Assembly (NCBI GenBank): GCA_965233585.1
Contig: CBDDTI010000745.1
Location: forward strand, 32,001 to 96,000
Direction: 5' to 3'
From: a bacterium
GTDB taxonomy: Bacteria > SAR324 > NAC60-12
DNA length: 64,000 nucleotides
In this document: piece by piece, positions 55,795 to 64,000 of the stretch
Position numbering within the stretch: the stretch's first letter is position 1
Layout of the letters: every line of letters starts with the position of its first letter
Notes under the pieces: generated by a model
Told to the model about the DNA's origin: nothing
Databases searched by the model: none
Seen by the model: only the letters and a program-made list of their open reading frames with translations
Translations under genes and position numbers: made by a program

Positions 55795-58716
55795 GTCTAA
55801 TAGACTTATTTAATTTCTACTGTTGTAGATACAGATTAGTTTTCAATTTGTCAAAAAAGTCTAATAGACTTATTTAATTTCTACTGTTGTAGATATTTTG
55901 TTTCCTTTAGTTTAAATTTTGTCTAATAGACTTATTTAATTTCTACTGTTGTAGATAAAAAATGAAACATGTTGTTCTCCTTGTCTAATAGACTTATTTA
56001 ATTTCTACTGTTGTAGATTAATTGGGACTTCAGGCAGTGAATCGTCTAATAGACTTATTTAATTTCTACTGTTGTAGATGGATTCTCTGAAAGCTGGAAA
56101 AGTAAGTCTAATAGACTTATTTAATTTCTACTGTTGTAGATATCATCTGTGTCTTTCATTAGATGATGGTCTAATAGACTTATTTAATTTCTACTGTTGT
56201 AGATCCTTTAGTTTTATGGTTGTTAAAATCATGTCTAATAGACTTATTTAATTTCTACTGTTGTAGATTTGAATCGGATTGACTGATTCAATGTTGTCTA
56301 ATAGACTTATTTAATTTCTACTGTTGTAGATGCTTCAGCTTTTTCTCGCTCTTGATAAAGTCTAATAGACTTATTTAATTTCTACTGTTGTAGATCAAAT
56401 ATTGAGACTAATGATGTTAATGTCTAATAGACTTATTTAATTTCTACTGTTGTAGATAAATGACAGTTTGCCGTTGATTCATCTGCGTCTAATAGACTTA
56501 TTTAATTTCTACTGTTGTAGATCATAGTGCATAAATTGCAATATTCGTGTCTAATAGACTTATTTAATTTCTACTGTTGTAGATTTCACAGAAAAAGAAA
56601 GGACTAATTTGTCTAATAGACTTATTTAATTTCTACTGTTGTAGATATGAGGTATTCTACTCTAATACCGTCGTCTAATAGACTTATTTAATTTCTACTG
56701 TTGTAGATACAGACCTACGCCTTTAAATTTTGATGTCTAATAGACTTATTTAATTTCTACTGTTGTAGATTTGGTGTAAACAATGCAGGATTTGCCTGTC
56801 TAATAGACTTATTTAATTTCTACTGTTGTAGATAAACCTAGATGCGTCAAAATTTAAGGGTCTAATAGACTTATTTAATTTCTACTGTTGTAGATACTTA
56901 TCTTATATTCTTTTCAAGTCGTCTAATAGACTTATTTAATTTCTACTGTTGTAGATAGGTAAACATGAAAGAAAAACTAAACGAGTCTAATAGACTTATT
57001 TAATTTCTACTGTTGTAGATAACAGCTCCAACCTAGTAATATAGTTTTTGTCTAATAGACTTATTTAATTTCTACTGTTGTAGATAACACTAGTTTTACA
57101 TCATACATATTGTCTAATAGACTTATTTAATTTCTACTGTTGTAGATATAGTCCGCCTTTTAATAATATTCAAAGTCTAATAGACTTATTTAATTTCTAC
57201 TGTTGTAGATGTGGTATGAGTCTTTTGGTTTTGAGCGTCTAATAGACTTATTTAATTTCTACTGTTGTAGATATCTATAAAAACCTTCAAGACTTAGAAG
57301 TCTAATAGACTTATTTAATTTCTACTGTTGTAGATAGAAGTCAGGAAAATAGTTACTTGACCGTCTAATAGACTTATTTAATTTCTACTGTTGTAGATAG
57401 AAGTCAGGAAAATAGTTACTTGACCGTCTAATAGACTTATTTAATTTCTACTGTTGTAGATCACGTCCAAACCAGTAATCTTAAAATGTCTAATAGACTT
57501 ATTTAATTTCTACTGTTGTAGATAGTGGGGGGTCTGGGGGATTCATCCCCCGTCTAATAGACTTATTTAATTTCTACTGTTGTAGATCTACCCCGTCCAA
57601 CACCAACCCGATAGCGTCTAATAGACTTATTTAATTTCTACTGTTGTAGATGTGATCTTTGCACTCTCGCTAAACTTGTCTAATAGACTTATTTAATTTC
57701 TACTGTTGTAGATAGTACTCAACCCTAAAACGATCTATTGGTCTAATAGACTTATTTAATTTCTACTGTTGTAGATAAATATGTATATCATCAACCCGCT
57801 AATGTCTAATAGACTTATTTAATTTCTACTGTTGTAGATATAGCTACCCAGCCCCCATCATACCCACGTCTAATAGACTTATTTAATTTCTACTGTTGTA
57901 GATGCCATCATGCCTGCCTGTTGATGAGAGTCTAATAGACTTATTTAATTTCTACTGTTGTAGATTGCACTGAATAGTGAGAGTAAAGTCGTGTCTAATA
58001 GACTTATTTAATTTCTACTGTTGTAGATCGTTTAACAGATTAAACAAAATCAAGGTCTAATAGACTTATTTAATTTCTACTGTTGTAGATATTCCTGAAA
58101 TGTTTTTGATTTTTCGAGTCTAATAGACTTATTTAATTTCTACTGTTGTAGATATACAGAAGACATTGACATATATCTAGTCTAATAGACTTATTTAATT
58201 TCTACTGTTGTAGATAAATCAAAGAAGGCGTAAGCCACTATGGTCTAATAGACTTATTTAATTTCTACTGTTGTAGATTGGGATGATGATACAGATGACT
58301 CTTTTGTCTAATAGACTTATTTAATTTCTACTGTTGTAGATCGTTTAACAGATTAAACAAAATCAAGGTCTAATAGACTTATTTAATTTCTACTGTTGTA
58401 GATATTCCTGAAATGTTTTTGATTTTTCGAGTCTAATAGACTTATTTAATTTCTACTGTTGTAGATATACAGAAGACATTGACATATATCTAGTCTAATA
58501 GACTTATTTAATTTCTACTGTTGTAGATAAATCAAAGAAGGCGTAAGCCACTATGGTCTAATAGACTTATTTAATTTCTACTGTTGTAGATTGGGATGAT
58601 GATACAGATGACTCTTTTGTCTAATAGACTTATTTAATTTCTACTGTTGTAGATATAGTTTTTACCTTTATTTAAAGTTAGTCTAATAGACCTATTTAAT
58701 TTCTACTGTTGTAGAT
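55795..58716 (+). CRISPR. Type V-A (Cas12a-type) CRISPR array, 47 repeats / 46 spacers of 25-29 bp
   Basis: 36-bp repeat GTCTAATAGACTTATTTAATTTCTACTGTTGTAGAT ending in the Cas12a handle AATTTCTACTGTTGTAGAT; last repeat has one substitution; counted by hand. Confidence 0.98.
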
Positions 58717-58880
58717 AAGATATGGGGTGAAATTATAATAGAGAAATTTTTGCATTTTCAAATTTTTTCAAAATAAGCTAACAGTAAAAAATCAGTTTCC
58801 ATAAAATTATGTTACTTAATTTTTATCTTTAAATCTCAAAACCTAAATCATCTTTTTTAGCATCAAGTAAGCCTTTTTAT

Positions 58881-59165
58881 TTATATTTTTTCAAACATAA
58901 TTTCAAATAATTTTAAAAAAATTTTCAGAATTTTATAGTCTCTTTCGTATAGTTCAAAGATGTTTTTATTTGCTTTGAATAAGTTACGCTTTTTACAATC
59001 TTTGACTAAATTATCAATAGCGTCTGGTTTCTCTTTTGAATTTGAAATCTTGTGTTCCCATTCAATAGAATCTTTCAATCCATAATAGGCATATGAATCA
59101 TCAGAATTGACCAAAAGTTTGTTTTCTCTCAATAAACTTGAAGGAGATAAGTCCCTTTCTATAAA
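58881..59165 (-). pseudogene. AT-rich gene fragment of unknown function
   Basis: Short open frame without a convincing start, in AT-rich DNA after the array. Confidence 0.3.
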
Positions 59166-59256
59166 TCAAGACGTTGTAACAATACCTGTAACAAATCAAC
59201 AATGAAAAAACTTTTAAAACCTCAAGAAACTTTTGATGTGAAGAAGTATGGTTTTA

Positions 59257-59355
59257 GCTTAAGTGTTCTTAGCTTGAGAACAGCGGTCAAGCTTAAATGG
59301 TTGAGACATTGTTTTGAGCGCTTAAGCGTTCTTAGCTTGAGAACAGCGGTCAAGC
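59257..59355. repeat. 36-bp direct repeat pair separated by 27 bp
   Basis: GCTTAAG(T/C)GTTCTTAGCTTGAGAACAGCGGTCAAGC at 59257-59292 and 59320-59355. Confidence 0.95.
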
Positions 59356-62177
59356 AGATAAAGGATAGAAAAATAAGGAATCCCGCTTTGTTCGCTTAAT
59401 CCAATTTCACATGAAATACTGTTAGAAAATCCTTCTTGACACGTTTGGACTTCACCTTTGAGATTGATAAGAGCTTGCTCATTCAATTCAGGATTGAAGA
59501 AGCCTTTGTCTCCCGCAAAACCACAACACGTTACTTCTTTAGGTTCAACAATTTCGCTTGCACAAAGCTGGGCAATATGTCGTAAGTCTTGACCGATTCC
59601 TAGCTTTTGACCACTGCATACATTGTGAAGAGCCACCTTCGTTTGTCTCTTAGTGATTTGAAACTTGTCAAGAAGGAATTTCCTAGCAAATTTAACTGCG
59701 TCATAGATGTTCAAGCGGCTGTCCAAAGTGTTCAACATGGTATAAGTGCAAGGGCTAATATCAACGCAGATTGGATAAACACCCTGATTGGAAGCCACTA
59801 AAAGAGCCTGTTCCAGTTCTTGATATTTGATTGATGCAGCCTCATCAAATCCCTTTGAAGAAAAAGCCATACCACAACAAAGCGATTTTGTATTTTCAGG
59901 ATAAACGACCTCATAATTTGCTTTTTCAAAAAGAGAGTGCATCACCTCTGGTAAGGTTCTTTGGTCTTGATGATAACTTGTAGGAGCAAAGAGCCGAGAA
60001 AGACAACTGGGAAAATAAACGACTTTTTGTGTGTGAAGTGAAGCAGAAATTTTGGGAGTTTTGAAAGGTTGAATCCTGCTACTGGGAGTGTATTGCAAAA
60101 AAACGGGTGATCCTAAATGTTGATGGCTTTTTTGAGTCAGTGCTTTCAAATTTCGCTTTCCTATGACACTAGAAACCAAGTCTATTGTTTTAAGACCTAC
60201 CTTTGCTCCAAAAAGCACAGAACTAAAATTTCTGGCAATCAGTTTTGCTATTTTGTGTTGTGTTGAAGAATGACGTTGTTTTTTGAGAACTTTGATCAAT
60301 TTTCCTGTGTCAATAGAAACTGGGCAGACCGTCTCACAAAGTCCGCAAGTCGCACAAGTGGCATTGCCATCATACTGATAGACTGCATCTAGCTTTTTGA
60401 ATGCTTCTGGGCTGTACTTTGCCTTAAAATCTTCTAGGTAACGATTGATTACAATTCTTTGTCTAGGTGTGAAGGTTAGTTGTTGTGAAGGACAAACCCG
60501 CTCACAAAAACCACATTCAATACATTTATCAATCAAATCGTGGGTGGTGGGCATTTCCTTAAAATTCTTGAGATGGACTTTTTGGTCATCATTCAAGATG
60601 ACACCCGGATTGATGAGATTGTCAGGATCAAAAAGTGCCTTGACTTCTTTCATCAACTGATATGCTTCTTTTCCCCATTCTTGTTCCACAAAACCTGCCA
60701 TATTGCGACCTGTTGAATGCTCGGCTTTGAGAGAACCATTCAGTTTAAGAGTCATTGCAACTACATCTTTTATGAAGGCTTCATAACGTTCTATTTCACT
60801 AGCAATGGTGAAATCTTGACAAATGACAAAATGGACATTCCCATCTAGCACATGACCAATGACGATTCCATTGTTATAGCGATGCTTGACAAACAAATCT
60901 TGTAGTTGTTCTACGCCAGAATTTAATGATTCAATAGGAAAAGCAATGTCTTCAATCAAATAGGTTGTTCCTAGTTTTCTAATCTGACCAAGAGAAGGCA
61001 TGATGCCTTTTCTGATTTTCCAGTAATTTCCATAAATCTTGGCATCTTTTGTAAATTCTATGGGTTGTAAATGGTTCAAACCTTCAAGGTTTTGAGTGAT
61101 AGTTTGAATCTGTTGGTTTAACGTGTCTTGTTGATTAGAAACGGTTTGCACCAATAATGCACAAGCTCCTTCAGGTAATGTTTTAAAATAACTAGGTGCA
61201 ATAGGTTGGTCTTCAGCCGAACGCAGAGCGGAACGATCCATCAATTCTGCGGCATTGACAATGCTTCTGATTGTGTTGAGTTTCTCTGCTGCCAGACAAG
61301 CGGTACTGACAGAATCAAAAATGACCAATGCACTAGCTTTATGAGTGGGTTCATCTACTGTTTCCAAAATCACTTCTAACAAAACTGCTAGAGTTCCTTC
61401 TGCTCCTACAATCAGGTGTTTCAAAATTTCAAAGGGGTCTTCAAAATCAACAAAAGCATTGAGGCTATAACCTGTCGTGTTCTTGATGGCATACTTTCTT
61501 TGAATTTTTTCTTTCAATGGTTGATTCTTCTCAATCCTTTGCGCAATGTCTGCTAATCCTTTTAATAAATGTTGATGAGTTTTTTGAAAAGATGCCTTGC
61601 TGTCTGCATCAGCAGTATCCAAAACACTTCCGTCAGCAAAAGCTAACTTGGCGTCCTTGATTGTCTGATAGCTATTTTGAGTGATTCCACAACACATGCC
61701 ACTGGCATTATTGCTGACAATACCACCAATCATCGCTGAAGCAAGAGAAGCAGGGTCTGGTCCGATTTTCTTCCCTAAAGGAGCTAACAGCTCATTGACA
61801 TATTCGGCTCTCAAACCGGGTTCTAAACGGATCGCTTTGCCTTCTTCTAAAATCTCATAATTTCTAAAGCCCCAATCTAGTGCAATCAAAACCGATTCAC
61901 TCAAGGTTTGACCACTTAAAGATGTTCCACCTGCCTTGATAGTGAAAGGCAAATGAAATTCCAAGGCAGTCTTAATACAGAGCATCAATTCTTTTTGATT
62001 GAGCGGTTTTAGCACAATTTGGGGAGTGATTCTATAAAGCGAAGCATCTGTTCCATACGCCAAAGTATGCACAGGGTCAGAAAAGACGCGTTTTGTGTCC
62101 ATTTGACTACGAATGGACTGTTCAAAATTTTGGTAAGATTGCATTGATTTTGATGAGGTTTCGCGAGCAAGAGACAT
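59322..62177 (-). CDS. FAD- and Fe-S-containing oxidoreductase, Dld-II-type D-lactate dehydrogenase
   Basis: YGTDASLYR, GGTSLSGQ, GPDPAS, KAEHSTGRNMA, CIECGFCE.VCP, C..CGLC..VCP, CCG domains. Confidence 0.88.
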   Translation of the reverse strand: MSLARETSSKSMQSYQNFEQSIRSQMDTKRVFSDPVHTLAYGTDASLYRITPQIVLKPLNQKELMLCIKTALEFHLPFTIKAGGTSLSGQTLSESVLIALDWGFRNYEILEEGKAIRLEPGLRAEYVNELLAPLGKKIGPDPASLASAMIGGIVSNNASGMCCGITQNSYQTIKDAKLAFADGSVLDTADADSKASFQKTHQHLLKGLADIAQRIEKNQPLKEKIQRKYAIKNTTGYSLNAFVDFEDPFEILKHLIVGAEGTLAVLLEVILETVDEPTHKASALVIFDSVSTACLAAEKLNTIRSIVNAAELMDRSALRSAEDQPIAPSYFKTLPEGACALLVQTVSNQQDTLNQQIQTITQNLEGLNHLQPIEFTKDAKIYGNYWKIRKGIMPSLGQIRKLGTTYLIEDIAFPIESLNSGVEQLQDLFVKHRYNNGIVIGHVLDGNVHFVICQDFTIASEIERYEAFIKDVVAMTLKLNGSLKAEHSTGRNMAGFVEQEWGKEAYQLMKEVKALFDPDNLINPGVILNDDQKVHLKNFKEMPTTHDLIDKCIECGFCERVCPSQQLTFTPRQRIVINRYLEDFKAKYSPEAFKKLDAVYQYDGNATCATCGLCETVCPVSIDTGKLIKVLKKQRHSSTQHKIAKLIARNFSSVLFGAKVGLKTIDLVSSVIGKRNLKALTQKSHQHLGSPVFLQYTPSSRIQPFKTPKISASLHTQKVVYFPSCLSRLFAPTSYHQDQRTLPEVMHSLFEKANYEVVYPENTKSLCCGMAFSSKGFDEAASIKYQELEQALLVASNQGVYPICVDISPCTYTMLNTLDSRLNIYDAVKFARKFLLDKFQITKRQTKVALHNVCSGQKLGIGQDLRHIAQLCASEIVEPKEVTCCGFAGDKGFFNPELNEQALINLKGEVQTCQEGFSNSISCEIGLSEQSGIPYFSILYLLDRCSQAKNA

Positions 62178-62356
62178 ATTTTTGAAATGAAAGAGTTTTG
62201 AAGTTTTAGCAATGATAGGACAATTTTATAAGATTTAAAATATTAAAAAGCTTGACTTTTGATTCAAAATGTTGTAAACATATCAATTACACTCATTTTT
62301 TTGTTAGGCTTGGGGGAGTGTATCTTAATTTTTCAACTTTTTGCAATGGTTTCTAC

Positions 62357-62752
62357 ATGATAAAAATGATTCATTCCATGATTCGGGTCAAAAATCTTGA
62401 AGACTCGGTCAAGTTTTATGAACAGGTCTTGAACTTTAGAGTCAAAGATCGTTTTGACTTTGATGGATTCACTTTGGTGTATCTGGGTGATGAAAGTTCT
62501 CACTTTGAATTAGAATTGACTCACAATCACGATAACACTGAGGGTTATGAATTAGGTACTGCTTACGGGCATCTTGCTGTCACCACAGAAGACTTAGAGC
62601 AGGCTTTTAAAAAAGCTCAAGATTGCGGTGTAGAACCTACACCAATCAAAGAGTTTTTTCGGGAGGGGCAGTTGATGGCAAGATTCTTTTTTGTGCAAGA
62701 CCCTGATGGTTACAAGACAGAAGTTTTGCAACGGCATGGACGCTATGTTTAA
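62357..62752 (+). CDS. gloA: Lactoylglutathione lyase (glyoxalase I)
   Basis: HSMIRV..LE.S..FY, FTLVYL, ELELT.N, Y.LG..YGHLA, DPDGYK.E. Confidence 0.88.
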   Translation: MIKMIHSMIRVKNLEDSVKFYEQVLNFRVKDRFDFDGFTLVYLGDESSHFELELTHNHDNTEGYELGTAYGHLAVTTEDLEQAFKKAQDCGVEPTPIKEFFREGQLMARFFFVQDPDGYKTEVLQRHGRYV

Positions 62753-62814
62753 CGTTCTTTTGGGACTGAACAATTTTTTTTGAAAACTTGATAAACAATT
62801 CATCTAAAGGAGTT

Positions 62815-63312
62815 ATGATGAAAAATCAAACTACTCGTATTGACCGGAGGACTTTTTTCAAAGGTTCGGGTCAGGTCATTGTTGGACTCTCTGCTAGCTC
62901 ATTGATTCCACAGCTAGCTTGGGCAAAAACCGATGAGGTGGAAACTTTAGCTCAATTGATTTTTGAGATGTTTCCCCATCCACAAGTGCCAATGAAATAT
63001 TACAAACAAACGGCTCAAAGTCTTTTTGATCAAGCCAAAGGCAAGTCTGAATTGCAAAAAACACTTGGGCAAGGCATACAAACGGCTCATTCCTTTTATG
63101 GAAAACCTTTTAACACTTTGACTAGCCGTAAGAAAGAATTGGTCATGGATCGCTTACGTCCTACTGATTTTTACAGCACAGTTCGTGGTCATACTGTGGG
63201 CTACTTTTACAACATTCAAGGCGTTTGGTCATACTTCGGTTACGAAGGTTCTTCCTTTGAAAAAGGTGGTTATATTGACCGTGGGCTTGATGATATTTTT
63301 TGGTTGAATTGA
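62815..63312 (+). CDS. Tat-exported dehydrogenase small subunit (gluconate 2-dehydrogenase subunit 3-like)
   Basis: DRRTFFK twin-arginine signal; VW..FGYEG.S.EKGGY..RG; precedes GMC oxidoreductase. Confidence 0.75.
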   Translation: MMKNQTTRIDRRTFFKGSGQVIVGLSASSLIPQLAWAKTDEVETLAQLIFEMFPHPQVPMKYYKQTAQSLFDQAKGKSELQKTLGQGIQTAHSFYGKPFNTLTSRKKELVMDRLRPTDFYSTVRGHTVGYFYNIQGVWSYFGYEGSSFEKGGYIDRGLDDIFWLN

Positions 63313-63344
63313 AAATACCCTAACACAATACAGAAGGAGAACCC

Positions 63345-64000
63345 ATGAAAAAATTTGATTTGAACAACGGCGATGTTGTAGTGATTATCGGCTCTGGCGC
63401 AGGAGGTGGAACTCTAGCCCATGAGCTTGCAGAACGTGGAATTGATACGATCTGTTTGGAAGCAGGAAAGCATTTGAATTGGCGTACTGATTTTGCCAAT
63501 GATGAATGGGATATGTTTGGAAAAACTGCTTGGTTGGACAAACGTACTACTTCTGGAACTTGGCGAGTGGCTCAAGATTTTCCAAACCTACCTACTTGGA
63601 TTTGTAAAACTGTGGGTGGGTCAACTTTACATTGGGCAGGAGCGAGCTTGAGATTCCAAGAACATGAATTTAAAGCGAGGACGCACTATGGCGATTTGAA
63701 AGGTGCAAATCTTTTGGATTGGCCTATTGAATTGGCAGACTTGGAAAAATACTATACCCGTGCTGAAGATAAAATGGGAGTTACGCGTACTCACAACATT
63801 CCTCCCTTGCCTGAAAGCAACAATTATAAGGTCTTTGAAGCAGGAGCTAAGAAGATGGGCTATAAAAAGGTGCATAATGGCAGAATGGCGATAAACTCTC
63901 AGCCACGAGATGGACGCGGAGCTTGTCGTCAATTAGGATTCTGTTTTCAAGGCTGCCGTATGGGAGCAAAGTGGTCTACACTCTATTCCGAAATTCCCAA
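63345..64000 (+). CDS. GMC-family oxidoreductase, 3' truncated by window (not in ORF track)
   Basis: Own translation MKKFDLNNGDVVVIIGSGAGGGTLA.EL...LEAG, VGGSTLHWAG. Confidence 0.9.
   Translation, partial: MKKFDLNNGDVVVIIGSGAGGGTLAHELAERGIDTICLEAGKHLNWRTDFANDEWDMFGKTAWLDKRTTSGTWRVAQDFPNLPTWICKTVGGSTLHWAGASLRFQEHEFKARTHYGDLKGANLLDWPIELADLEKYYTRAEDKMGVTRTHNIPPLPESNNYKVFEAGAKKMGYKKVHNGRMAINSQPRDGRGACRQLGFCFQGCRMGAKWSTLYSEIP

Noticed and set aside
55795..58716. Self-targeting spacers within the window
   Set aside because: None noticed by eye; not exhaustive, an alignment is needed.

Overview
A ~40% GC bacterial chromosome segment. It is mostly housekeeping genes: proS (partial), an NtrY-like kinase, ccmCDE, gatB, tal, ndk, acs, class I lysyl-tRNA synthetase, aroQ, cobB, gloB, a long RelA/SpoT homologue, rlmH, rsmG, rpmH-rnpA-yidC, an Fe-S D-lactate dehydrogenase, gloA and five tRNAs. 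Accessory patches carry repeat-rich surface proteins (WD40, FN3/Kelch, 49-aa propeller repeats), two IS1-family elements and seven clusters of (C)GTCATT-tagged palindromic REP-like repeats. The right end has a type V-A (Cas12a-type) CRISPR array of 47 repeats with intact cas2, only the 3' part of cas1, and no cas4 or cas12. Top observations: (1) a 36-bp direct repeat around a 27-bp insert, 540 bp past the array, with the geometry of an off-target Cas1-Cas2 integration; (2) two genes (cas1 and an FN3 lipoprotein) break exactly at REP hairpins; (3) a tandem, diverging pair of CPBP/Abi proteases; (4) an RSH with a degenerate synthetase domain; (5) a possible remote BshC-like protein coupled to gloB. 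All calls come from reading motifs by eye; no searches were run and taxonomy is not established.
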